A stretch of 25,351 nt of DNA from a virus (taxonomy: Duplodnaviria; Caudoviricetes), in IMG/VR virus record IMGVR_UViG_3300038674_000058, positions 1 through 25,351 of that record; one strand, 5' to 3'. The notes beneath the pieces are model-generated. The model was not told the origin of the DNA. It worked only from the letters and a program-made list of their open reading frames with translations, and did no database searches. The first letter of the stretch is position 1. Each line of letters opens with the position of its first letter. Positions 15,126-24,719 of this stretch are shown here, piece after piece. Both the position numbers and the translations under genes were made by a program.

Positions 15126-15712
15126 TGGGCATTGAAACTGGAACCGCTATCCTTGTTGGCTCTGCCATCTCGGCTGGCGTCAGTGTGTATTCTGGCATGG
15201 CCGCAGCCGCAGCGCAGCGCAGCGCCGCCGCCAACGCCGCAGCCCAACAGCGGGCGGCGGCACAGGCTCAAGCCGAGGCCATGCGGGCGAACGCACAGCG
15301 GGCCATGCAGGATGTCGAATACAGCCGAGATCGTGCGGCTATTGAGCAAAGGGAGCTTGCGCGGAAAAACAAAATCCTGCAAGCTGAACGGGCGAACTCT
15401 GCCGCAGCCTCCGGCTTTACCGTGGCCGGAACGAGCCTTGAACGGCTGTTGACGCAGCAGGAGCAAGAGGACAACAGAACCGAGAAGGTTCTTGACTGGG
15501 AATGGACGAACAAGATCGACAGGCAGATCGACAGCGTGAACCTCATGTGGCATGAGGCCGAGGTCACGGAGATCACCGGATACAACATGGCGAACTCGAC
15601 GTACTACTCCGGCATGTCCGAAGCCGAATCCACCGCAACCTCCGGTTGGGTCAAGGGCTTCGGGACTCTTGGAAGCGGAGCCGTTGATGCCTGGGCGAAG
15701 TGGAGCGAATAA
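15125..15712 (+). CDS. small ejection/internal virion protein (T7 gp14-like)
   Basis: Hydrophobic Gly/Ala N-terminus, Ala/Gln coiled coil, AASGFTVAGTS motif. Follows the nozzle gene. Confidence 0.8.
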   Translation: MGIETGTAILVGSAISAGVSVYSGMAAAAAQRSAAANAAAQQRAAAQAQAEAMRANAQRAMQDVEYSRDRAAIEQRELARKNKILQAERANSAAASGFTVAGTSLERLLTQQEQEDNRTEKVLDWEWTNKIDRQIDSVNLMWHEAEVTEITGYNMANSTYYSGMSEAESTATSGWVKGFGTLGSGAVDAWAKWSE

Positions 15713-17043
15713 TGACCAAGAAAGGCAGCATCCGTCTCTCCGCTGGTGACAGCGGGCTTCGTCAAGGGCAGCAGCCGCAGTATGGCGGTACGAACCCGTC
15801 CCTGTATGGTCGCGACAGTGAGTACGCAGCCAAGACGATCCTTGCGAGCGGAGAACGCGCCGCTCGCAACATCCTGTCTTCCGGCGACATCCTCAATCGA
15901 GAGATCACACGCGCAACCGCCGCTGTTGAGCGCAGCGCGGGAGAGCGTGAACACAACCTAGACCTTGTTGCAACGACCCGGCTCAAGAATTATCTTGAGA
16001 CTGTCAGTTCGCAACTCGACATGTCCGAGGGGCAGCGTTTCGGCGGTGACGCCGCCGGGTCCGAAGATCGCGTCAAGGCCGCGTTCGCCGAGATCACCCA
16101 GAGGCTCGAATCTGGTGTGCTCACCTTCGACATCGGAGGCGAGCATATTGAGTTCGGTTCGCAGACTGCGTTCGATCGCGCAGTTGCGGAGGTGCAAGGC
16201 ACTGTTGCGCGGCAGACTGCGCACTTCGTTACCCGCGAAACCGGCGAACTCCGCAGCGCCGCAATGGAGTCCGTCGAGACGATCGCAGCGCAGCGGATCG
16301 CAGAGGTTCAGCGGAACCCCGGAGGCGTCGACGAGTTTGCCGAAAAACTCCGCTCCGACATCTCCGAGCTTCTGAACAACAGGTTCGTTAGCGAAGACAC
16401 CATCGCGCAGATCATCGCAAAGAAAGAAACTGCGCTGTACACTGCCGCAGCTGACCGCAACGTCACCGACCTTTTGTCTCAAGCCCAAGCCGCAGCCAGA
16501 ACGAATGGCAACTGGCGCGGACTTCTTGACCAAGCTCGTAGCGTTGCTGGTGACGACGGCGAGTTCGGTGGACGCGCCGATGCCGGTAGCCTCGCAGACA
16601 TGCGACTCCGCATCGAAAACACCGCAACTACGTTGCAGAGCCGTGCAGACGCAGAGAACGACCGTGCACTCTCTCGCGCAGCCGCAACGACCGAGGCCGC
16701 GATCCGTGCGCAGGGCATCAAGATCGAACAGGCGATGAACAACATCGTCGAATCCGGCGGCAGCTTCGGGCGAGACGAAAACGGACTCGACATTGAGGCT
16801 GGCGGCGCTACGATTCAGCGCATTCAGCGCGTTTGCGACGATATGCAAGCTCTGTATGATCGCATGTACGCATACGACGTTGCCCGCGTTGGCGAAGATT
16901 ACGCCAACAGCAACCGCGAATACAGGGAACGTCAGCTTGCGGAGAAACACGCACTCATGATGCGGGCGACGCAAGAAGCGGACTTTCGGCAGGAATGGCG
17001 CACTGGCGGCGGCTCCTTTGCAACTTTCGGAACCTTGAGGTAG
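15712..17043 (+). CDS. putative ejection/internal virion protein (helical)
   Basis: ATG 15712 coupled by TAATG. Ala/Glu/Arg-rich helical sequence at the gp15-like position. Confidence 0.75.
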   Translation: MTKKGSIRLSAGDSGLRQGQQPQYGGTNPSLYGRDSEYAAKTILASGERAARNILSSGDILNREITRATAAVERSAGEREHNLDLVATTRLKNYLETVSSQLDMSEGQRFGGDAAGSEDRVKAAFAEITQRLESGVLTFDIGGEHIEFGSQTAFDRAVAEVQGTVARQTAHFVTRETGELRSAAMESVETIAAQRIAEVQRNPGGVDEFAEKLRSDISELLNNRFVSEDTIAQIIAKKETALYTAAADRNVTDLLSQAQAAARTNGNWRGLLDQARSVAGDDGEFGGRADAGSLADMRLRIENTATTLQSRADAENDRALSRAAATTEAAIRAQGIKIEQAMNNIVESGGSFGRDENGLDIEAGGATIQRIQRVCDDMQALYDRMYAYDVARVGEDYANSNREYRERQLAEKHALMMRATQEADFRQEWRTGGGSFATFGTLR

Positions 17044-17052
17044 GGAGAAGAC

Positions 17053-18798
17053 ATGGGCTACACCGATTACACGAACGACGTTGCTTCTGCCGTCGACGCA
17101 AAGGTTGCTCGACAGACTGCGCAGTGGATCGACCAGCAGCGCACCGCGTTCGACCAAGACCAGTTCACCTATTCCGCGCAGCGGGCGACCGCGATGGCCG
17201 AGCGCGACGGTGTGCTTAACGGCGTTCAGCAGGACACGCCGGAGTACAACCGCATCATGATGGAGTACAACCTTCGTGCGCAGCAGTCGTACCTTGGAGA
17301 CGGCACTGGCGCACAACTCTCCGTTATGGGGCGCGAGGACCGCGAACGTCTCAAGGCCATGCTACTCGGACAGCCCGGTCGTGAAGGCCCTGACGATGCG
17401 AACACCTCGTTCCTTGCCGTGCAGGAACTTGAACAACGCTTCTCGAATCCCGAACACATGCAGCTTGCGTTGAGCGAGCTTGGCATTGATCGTTCGATGG
17501 CTCCCGCGTTTCGTGTCATGGGGCATCAGAACCCGGAGTGGATTCGCATCGGAGTCATGGCCTCCGGCATGAGCGTTCAAGAGCAGACCGCGTACACCGC
17601 AGAACTTCGCGGCGTGTCCGCAGACGTTGAAAAGGTCGAGCGCGAAAGCCTGTACACTGAACTCGAACAGGATGCCCGCATCCGTGCGATGTTCGGCCCG
17701 CAGATGGACGACCCTACGCAGCGCGAATACATTCGCGAAGCGATGAACAACATCGTAACCTCGCTTCGCGCCACGAACACGACTGCCGACGAGTTCTTCG
17801 ACCATATCGACAAGAACTTTCAGGTCATCACCATTGAGCCGTCGTTTGTCCGCAATATCGACAACGCCGAATACAACTGGGCGAATGAGTTTGTTGCGAC
17901 TGTCTCCGACATGGTAAACCCGTTCGGTGACGGATTCGCGTTCCGTGTGCCGACTGCCGACAACTGGAACCCGTTTCAGATCGCGAGTCAGCCCGCCCGT
18001 GTGAACGTCATGGTCCCGAAGGGCATCCCCGGCGGCATTTCCGATGTCGACTTTCATGCGTTCATGAACAACGATGTTTGGGCGCGGACCATTGCACACG
18101 CCACCGGGTTGCAGTCTGCCGACGACGCCGGGAAGCTGTTCGACCTTGCCGCGCAGGGGCCGGAAGCGCTTCGCAACGCTGGCGTCAGCCCCGAAGAGAC
18201 GCAACGCCTCTTCACGGCGCTTGGCGTTCAGCGTGTGGATGTGCGCGACGGCAAGATGACCGTCGTATACTCTCGCGAGGACAGAAGCGAACCGAGTGTC
18301 TACGGTCAGCAGATGACCTCTCGCGAGATGAACCGCGACGAATTTCTTGCGTTCATGAAGACGCGTTCTGAAAAACTGATCGGTGCGATGTTCAACCATT
18401 CGCAGATCGTCAGCTACGGAGATGGATTCTATCTTCGCTACGACAATGATGGGCAGATCATGAATCTTCCCCTCGACACAAACTTCCTTCGCACGATGAC
18501 CGGCGAAATGGGCAGCGCGATGCGTCAGGTTGCGAGATGGACCGAGCATCCGTTCAGGTCGGCGTTTGAAGAAGCGTCGAAGCCCGTCAAGGAGATTTGG
18601 AACGACATGATCCTTCCGTCTCTCGAACAGAACTATGAACTCGGTCGCAAGCTCTACAACATGGAGCTTGCAGGATCGTCTCTCAACAGAAAGGTCGGCC
18701 CGCTGATCGACAAGGCTGGCCGTGTGTTCGGCACTGTATTCCGGTGGGCAACCGGACACAGCGACCCTAACACTTGGAAGCCGGAGGACGCGAATTGA
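17053..18798 (+). CDS. putative ejection/internal virion protein; in frame with the upstream gene across one TAG
   Basis: 581 aa, GGGAG RBS, located within the ejection-protein block. No recognisable enzyme motif. Confidence 0.72.
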   Translation: MGYTDYTNDVASAVDAKVARQTAQWIDQQRTAFDQDQFTYSAQRATAMAERDGVLNGVQQDTPEYNRIMMEYNLRAQQSYLGDGTGAQLSVMGREDRERLKAMLLGQPGREGPDDANTSFLAVQELEQRFSNPEHMQLALSELGIDRSMAPAFRVMGHQNPEWIRIGVMASGMSVQEQTAYTAELRGVSADVEKVERESLYTELEQDARIRAMFGPQMDDPTQREYIREAMNNIVTSLRATNTTADEFFDHIDKNFQVITIEPSFVRNIDNAEYNWANEFVATVSDMVNPFGDGFAFRVPTADNWNPFQIASQPARVNVMVPKGIPGGISDVDFHAFMNNDVWARTIAHATGLQSADDAGKLFDLAAQGPEALRNAGVSPEETQRLFTALGVQRVDVRDGKMTVVYSREDRSEPSVYGQQMTSREMNRDEFLAFMKTRSEKLIGAMFNHSQIVSYGDGFYLRYDNDGQIMNLPLDTNFLRTMTGEMGSAMRQVARWTEHPFRSAFEEASKPVKEIWNDMILPSLEQNYELGRKLYNMELAGSSLNRKVGPLIDKAGRVFGTVFRWATGHSDPNTWKPEDAN

Positions 18799-21700
18799 CA
18801 AGCATCTTTAGAACCGCAACGACGCAGGACTTCGCGAATCTTTACGGGCAAACCGAATCCGGCCAGACTGCGTTCTTTGGGGCCAATGCGGCAGAAGGCG
18901 TAGACTGGGGCCTCATGCGCTTCGCCATGCGCAGCGCTGCCGAGAACGACGCGTTCGAGCGGATGCTTGAGCAAGGCGAACGTCCGTCTCGCACCATGAC
19001 CGAAGACGAATGGCGTCAGTCTGACATGTACCGCGAAGGAATCCAGTTCGACCCGAACAAGCCCGCGTATGAGCTTGCGGCGCTCGCCGAGGCGCACGAT
19101 CAGCGCGTCCGTCGCGACGCGATCCTTGACGACTACCAAGGCCCCGGCCAAGTGCCGTTGAGCCTCGGTGGTCAATTCCTCGGTCAACTCGCAGACCCGC
19201 TCAACTACATCACCGGAGTTGGGCTTGCTGGCAAAGTGCAAAAGCTGTTTCGCGGCATCGACACGATCAGCGACATCGGGCGTATGTCGTACCGCTCCAC
19301 CTTCGCATACGAAGCCGCAGAGAACGCGCTTCTCATTGCTGCGAGTGAACCTGCGATTGTGCACTCCATGCAGCAGGAAGGCTCCACCGCCACGATGGAC
19401 GACGTTTTGAACGACGTTCTGATCGGCGGGGCTATCGGCGGCACTCTCGGCATCGGGCGCAAATGGCTTGGTGCGCAGCGCGTTGCGATGCACGAACGCA
19501 ACGCTGCGGAGAACGGGGTCATCAAGGCGCTTGTTGAACTCGACGCGAGCGGTACGCTTCGCGATATCGACATTGCGCAGCCCGCAGCGGGGAGCCGAAT
19601 CTTGCAAGCGGCCCGCGACGCTCGCGAGAAGTTTTCGTTCCGCAACATGTCAGAAGAGGTCGGGTTCACCAACCCTCGCGACTTCGTGCGCAAGGTTCTC
19701 CGCGAACCGATCAATACGATCAGGGAAACGCTGTCCGCTGGTAAGCGTCAGTTTGATGAAGCTCTCACTCGCGCTCGCGAGTCTCGCCTTGCGAACCTGT
19801 CTGCCGATGACAGGGCGCGTTTCGACAACTTCGAGCGGGCGTATTCCGAGTTCATGCGCGACTTGCACGGCATGTCGTCTCGCAACGCCTCTCGGGTGCT
19901 TGACCGTCTCAAGAAGAAGCTGACGAAGCTCCGCGACGCCTACACGGCCTCCCCCACTGTGAAATCCGTGTGGGAGCATGGCGGGCCGGAGATCGACCGG
20001 GCCTTGCCGGAAGGCGCTGGCGAGGCTCCTGGGCCTGTTTCCCGTGAAACCCGGCCCGAGGCCGGGGGCCAGCCCGAAAGCGGCCCCATCGTGGCCGAGG
20101 CAGCGCCGGAGCGGCCCGCCCTTGAGGCCCCTCGGGAGGCCGGGGATGTCCATGCGCCCGTCGAGGAGGGGCGCGTCGGCCTCGAAGACGAGCCGATCCA
20201 CCAGCCCGAGCAGATCACACCGGGCCAGCCGAAGAGCGATCCGCTCCTTGACGCGCTCAACGTCACCGAGGCCCGCATTGCCGAGGCCGAGGCGCAAATC
20301 CGTGCGAAGGCCGAACAGCGCAGCAGCATCAGCTTCAACATGGCGCGGCCCGAAGAGCGTCGCTTCATCCTTGACTTCCTCAAGCAGTTCTCCCGCTACA
20401 CGAACCGCGATAAGAACGTCGCGAACTACGTCGTGTGGGACAAGGTTGCAAAGGAACTCAAGATCGTTCGCCTCGATAAAGAAGGACTTGGCGATCGCTT
20501 CTTTGCTATTGCTGGCCCCGAGCGCAGCAACAAGATGCAGTACGCCCGCAACCTGTATCATGCACTCAAGCGCGGCTATTTCTCGAAGACCGACATCACC
20601 CGCATGTGGGACGAACACCGTTCGCAGTACAGGACCGATTACGTCGACTGGACTTCCCCCGACTACATGCGCCCCGGCGTCGAGATTGAACACCTTGACT
20701 CACTTGAGGCGGTCAACGAACAGATGCCGCGCAAAAAGTTCGCCTCTCGCAACACAATCGAAGAGGGCGACCTTCTTGTGCTTGATTGGGGTGGCGAATA
20801 CGGCACTTTCGAGGCCCGCGTACTCAAACGCATCGACAAGGGCGACCTCAAGCCCGACGGCAAGAAGTATCAGAACGGCGGTTTTCTTGTTCGCACTCCC
20901 GACGGTTCCGAACGCATGGTCAAAGACGGCAGCAGCGTCGAGATCGTGCCGGAGGATGCGATCATCGAAGGCGAGGGCGGCAACAGACTGCGCAACGTCG
21001 AGATGATGAATCTCGTTGAAGCCGTCAAGGCCGAACAGCAGAAGAAGATGGAGGCACTTGGCCTCCATATGAACAACGATGGCACTTTCCCGAAACGTGC
21101 GCAGTTGACCGCAGACGAGTACGCAGATTTGCTCAACAGACTGTCGAGCCAGCGCAACCCCGACGGCGTGTCCAACTATCGCATTGCCCGCGAACGCAGG
21201 CTCGCGCCGATTGAGATGTACTTCAATCGTGTTGCTGGCGAAGTCAGGCAGATGCTCGGAGACATGTCGAACCGCGAAGTCGACGACTGGCTGTCCGAAG
21301 AGATTCACCCTGTACTCGAACGTGCGTCCGAGATCATCAACAGGCTCGGAGGCAAGAAGAACCTTTCCGATGCAGACCTTGAACTCTTGAACAAGGCTCG
21401 TCGCGACTACCAGTACGCGGACATGATCGAAGAGATCACCGATGGAGTTATTGTCGACAGAATGCGCGAGATGGGCGGCGTTACTCCTAATCGCGATAGG
21501 AAGCACAATGTCAACCGCGATTCTCGCGGTCGTGTGCTGAACGACGACGGAGGCGAGGCTCGCTTCGATCCTGTAGGGGAGAACGACTTCGATCCGTACA
21601 CTGGCGGATTCATTCCCCCCGACGACGTTTCGTCTCCGCACAAGCCGTCGTCTGCGCTCGACGAAGAGCGACTTCGCGAGGCCGCACGTGCGGCAGCGGA

Positions 21701-21896
21701 GGAGAGGCTTGGCCGCAAAGAAGCTGACCTCGACATGGAACTGGACGAACGGGCCGATGCAGTCTATGAGTCTTACATCAACGACGAAATGGCCCGCAAT
21801 GGCCTTGACCCCGAAGTCGCGCAGCGTGTTGTTGAGGCCGAGGATCGCATCAAGGCGATGCAAGATGCAGTCGACACAATTTGGAGGGAGTGCTAG
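18795..21896 (+). CDS. large multidomain putative ejection/internal virion protein with an internal cargo domain
   Basis: GGAGG precedes TTG 18795, which overlaps the upstream TGA. N-terminal region with L.DPLNY and IGGAIGGTLG is typical of such virion proteins. It is followed by a Pro/Glu linker, a globular domain and an acidic helical tail. Confidence 0.82.
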   Translation: MTSIFRTATTQDFANLYGQTESGQTAFFGANAAEGVDWGLMRFAMRSAAENDAFERMLEQGERPSRTMTEDEWRQSDMYREGIQFDPNKPAYELAALAEAHDQRVRRDAILDDYQGPGQVPLSLGGQFLGQLADPLNYITGVGLAGKVQKLFRGIDTISDIGRMSYRSTFAYEAAENALLIAASEPAIVHSMQQEGSTATMDDVLNDVLIGGAIGGTLGIGRKWLGAQRVAMHERNAAENGVIKALVELDASGTLRDIDIAQPAAGSRILQAARDAREKFSFRNMSEEVGFTNPRDFVRKVLREPINTIRETLSAGKRQFDEALTRARESRLANLSADDRARFDNFERAYSEFMRDLHGMSSRNASRVLDRLKKKLTKLRDAYTASPTVKSVWEHGGPEIDRALPEGAGEAPGPVSRETRPEAGGQPESGPIVAEAAPERPALEAPREAGDVHAPVEEGRVGLEDEPIHQPEQITPGQPKSDPLLDALNVTEARIAEAEAQIRAKAEQRSSISFNMARPEERRFILDFLKQFSRYTNRDKNVANYVVWDKVAKELKIVRLDKEGLGDRFFAIAGPERSNKMQYARNLYHALKRGYFSKTDITRMWDEHRSQYRTDYVDWTSPDYMRPGVEIEHLDSLEAVNEQMPRKKFASRNTIEEGDLLVLDWGGEYGTFEARVLKRIDKGDLKPDGKKYQNGGFLVRTPDGSERMVKDGSSVEIVPEDAIIEGEGGNRLRNVEMMNLVEAVKAEQQKKMEALGLHMNNDGTFPKRAQLTADEYADLLNRLSSQRNPDGVSNYRIARERRLAPIEMYFNRVAGEVRQMLGDMSNREVDDWLSEEIHPVLERASEIINRLGGKKNLSDADLELLNKARRDYQYADMIEEITDGVIVDRMREMGGVTPNRDRKHNVNRDSRGRVLNDDGGEARFDPVGENDFDPYTGGFIPPDDVSSPHKPSSALDEERLREAARAAAEERLGRKEADLDMELDERADAVYESYINDEMARNGLDPEVAQRVVEAEDRIKAMQDAVDTIWREC

Positions 21897-24697
21897 TGGC
21901 GAAAGGTGACTGTGTAAAGAAGCTCGCTGAACGCTATGGAATGAGCGAAGTCGAGGCCGCTGCACTGTTTGACGAAGTGCACGACCTCACTCGCGACATT
22001 ATGCGCGAAACCGGCGAGTATCCGAACCCGTGGGACTTGGATGCGGAGTTTGTGCGCCGAGCCGATCCGCGCAAGCGCCAGAAGCTCGCCCTTGAAGCAA
22101 AGACGCGCATTGAGCGTCGTGAGCGCCGCCGCATTGCTTCCGAACTCATGACGCAAGACGCGGCTGTGAACGCCGAGGCTCACATCCTCGAATTTCTCTT
22201 GGACGCGCAATACCTCGGGGCCATGCGCGAGGGCAAGGGCTGGTACAAGGAACTTGGCAAGACCGATCCCGTTCGCGCCATGAAGGCGTTCATGTTCGGC
22301 GACGGCTCCGGCCTTCCCGGCTCCCGGCACTCCCTGTCTCGCTTGCGCGAGGGTTACGACAGAATGGACTTCGGGCTGCTTGTCGAGTTCTTCGACGAAA
22401 ACCCCGGCGTTCGCAAGATGCTCAACTACGGTCAGCGCGATCAGGTGCGCGGATTCTTCATCAAGACGCTCGACCACATGATGAAGGAAGAGTTCGACAT
22501 CGGCACAACCGAGTCGAAGTTCGCGAAGACGCTCGCGCTCATGGCCGAGCAAAGCACCAACCGATTCGTCGAAGCAGGTGCATTCATCAAGCGGCGCAAA
22601 GGTTACACTCCATACCTCCCGTCTTCGACGAAAATTGCGCAGTCCTCTCGCGAGGACTTCATTGCTGACACTCTCCGTGCCAACATCATAGACTGGGAAG
22701 GCTCCTATCCCGACAAAGACCTCGGCATGGCTGCGCGTGGTGACGCTGCGAATCCGAACACCATTCGCGCACGGGAAGAGCTTCTTGGCGAGATGTGGGA
22801 CATCTATTCCGGGCGCGTTGAACGCGCTGAATCCGGCAACGCAAAGCACGGCGACTCCATCGCCCGCAAGTTCGAGAAGGGCTTGCAGCTGCGTTTCATT
22901 GACGGCGAAGCGTGGATGAAGTTTCATGAGATGTGGGGGCGCTCGGCTGATCCGCTCGGACTCATTACCGGGAAGATCAACGAGCAGAACCGCATGGCGT
23001 CCGTCATGGCCGGGTTTGGTCCGCAACCCGAGAAGGGCGCGTACCTTCTTCGTCAGCGTCTTATCAGCAGGATCGAAAAGGGCGAGATTCCGCTGGCTGC
23101 GTCGATCAAGGACAAGGTACTTGCGCAACTCCGCGCATTCGACCCCCGCGACGGCGCTCGCGCAACCGACGACCTTGAGGTTCACAGCCTCCGCGACGCG
23201 AAGGACACGATCAGCACTATCCTGAACCCGAGCGACGGCGGCTTGTCGATGGCGTTCTCCGAGATCGTCGGCGACACGCTGTACAGCGTCAACGGACACG
23301 CCGCAAAGTGGGCTGCTCGGGTGCGCGTCGCGAAGAACATGGCCGTGCTTGGCCGATCCGTCATCACCGCCATGACAGACGTTCCGAACATCCTGTTTGC
23401 CAACGTGGCCCGTGGACGTACTTGGGGCGAGGCTACCCGCGCCATGATCGACGGGTACAAGACGATGCGCAACTTCTCCAACGCCGAGTGGAAGGAGCTT
23501 CGCCCGTACATCCGCATGTTCTCCGATGGCGTCATCGGGCAGTATCACTCCCGCTTTACGCTCGACGAACACGGCGTCATGTCGCGGATGCAAAACCTCT
23601 ACTTCAAGGTCAACTTCCTGACGCAGTGGACCGACGCCATGCGTCAAATGAGCGCGACGACGAACATGTCGTGGCTCGGCGACAACGCTGCCCGAGGCTT
23701 TGAGGAACTGACGCCTCGCCTCCGCGACACTCTTCGTGCGCATGGTTTCACTCCCGAGAAGTGGGACGCCATTCGCGAGGCGACTTGGACTGCGCCGGAT
23801 GGTCGCGTCTACGTTGTTCCCGGCAAGATCGACGAACTCTCGAACGATCAGATGCGTTTCATCGTCGAGAACGCTCCCGTGCCGGAAGAAGCGCCGTGGC
23901 CGATCAAGCGTGTGTACGAGGAGAAGCGTTCGCGCTTCATGCAAGACCCCGAACTCTACCGCCGTCAACTCAAGGCCGACTTGATCGGCATGTTGAACGA
24001 CGAAGTGCGTTACGGCGTCATCGAGTCCGATGACCGCGTTCGCTATTACTCGCTTCGCGGTTCCAAGCCCGGAACGCTTACTGGCGAGATTATGAGGTTC
24101 ATGACGCAGTACAAGTCGTATGCAATCGGACTCGCCGACAGAACGTGGAGCCGTGCTGCGTTTCAGGGGCAGGGTAGCGGACATGCACTGCTCCCCGACC
24201 GCATGAACTTCGACATGAACATCGCAAAGTGGATTGCGCTGTCCATCACCACCGGATACCTGACCCAAGCGCTATCTGATGTCAGCAAAGGGTACTATCC
24301 TCGCCCTGTATTCGGCGAACACGCGTGGGACACGTTCACCGGGGCCGCTATCAAGTCCGGTGCGATGGCCGTCTACGGCGACGTTCTCTTTGACATGTTC
24401 AACGGTTACGACAAGACTTGGCTGCACAAGGGCGTCGGCATGGCCCTCGGCCCGACCGGAGACACGGCGATGGATGCCGCCGAAGTTCTGTGGGCTGGCC
24501 TCAAATCTGGCGACAAAGGATTCGCGAAGGCGTTCAAATTCGCTATGAATAACTGTCCGTACAACAACATCTTCTACGGCAGACTTGCGCTGGATTACGC
24601 CGTTCTTTACAACCTTGAAGACATGATGAACCCCGGAGCGGTTCAGTCGCGTCAGAACTGGAATCAGCGCGAGCTTGGGCGTCGCCCGATGTTCTAG
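21896..24697 (+). CDS. large ejection/internal virion protein (T7 gp16-position, epsilon15/BPP-1-like)
   Basis: GGAGG/GGAG precedes GTG 21896 (TAGTG overlap). A.LG.SVITA.TD, N.LT.WTD, GT..GEI.RF..Q.KSY, G....YGD.L, GP.G and P..N.FY...A.D motifs. Directly before the tail fibre. Confidence 0.85.
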   Translation: MAKGDCVKKLAERYGMSEVEAAALFDEVHDLTRDIMRETGEYPNPWDLDAEFVRRADPRKRQKLALEAKTRIERRERRRIASELMTQDAAVNAEAHILEFLLDAQYLGAMREGKGWYKELGKTDPVRAMKAFMFGDGSGLPGSRHSLSRLREGYDRMDFGLLVEFFDENPGVRKMLNYGQRDQVRGFFIKTLDHMMKEEFDIGTTESKFAKTLALMAEQSTNRFVEAGAFIKRRKGYTPYLPSSTKIAQSSREDFIADTLRANIIDWEGSYPDKDLGMAARGDAANPNTIRAREELLGEMWDIYSGRVERAESGNAKHGDSIARKFEKGLQLRFIDGEAWMKFHEMWGRSADPLGLITGKINEQNRMASVMAGFGPQPEKGAYLLRQRLISRIEKGEIPLAASIKDKVLAQLRAFDPRDGARATDDLEVHSLRDAKDTISTILNPSDGGLSMAFSEIVGDTLYSVNGHAAKWAARVRVAKNMAVLGRSVITAMTDVPNILFANVARGRTWGEATRAMIDGYKTMRNFSNAEWKELRPYIRMFSDGVIGQYHSRFTLDEHGVMSRMQNLYFKVNFLTQWTDAMRQMSATTNMSWLGDNAARGFEELTPRLRDTLRAHGFTPEKWDAIREATWTAPDGRVYVVPGKIDELSNDQMRFIVENAPVPEEAPWPIKRVYEEKRSRFMQDPELYRRQLKADLIGMLNDEVRYGVIESDDRVRYYSLRGSKPGTLTGEIMRFMTQYKSYAIGLADRTWSRAAFQGQGSGHALLPDRMNFDMNIAKWIALSITTGYLTQALSDVSKGYYPRPVFGEHAWDTFTGAAIKSGAMAVYGDVLFDMFNGYDKTWLHKGVGMALGPTGDTAMDAAEVLWAGLKSGDKGFAKAFKFAMNNCPYNNIFYGRLALDYAVLYNLEDMMNPGAVQSRQNWNQRELGRRPMF

Positions 24698-24719
24698 CCG
24701 CAAGAGGAGGATTGAGATA

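Noticed and set aside
7264-24268. Long minus-strand ORFs (7264..8940, 10330..11925, 12609..15080, 15958..17316, 17362..18801, 20700..21965, 21893..24268)
   Set aside because: These are antisense shadows of well-supported plus-strand genes. The strong NNC/NNG codon bias removes stops on the opposite strand. They have no RBS or motifs.
18795-24697. Virion-encapsidated RNA polymerase among the large ORFs
   Set aside because: No single-subunit (DxxGR, Rx3Kx7YG, HD) or double-psi-barrel (DxDGD) RNAP motifs were seen, and the ORFs are far smaller than N4 vRNAP.
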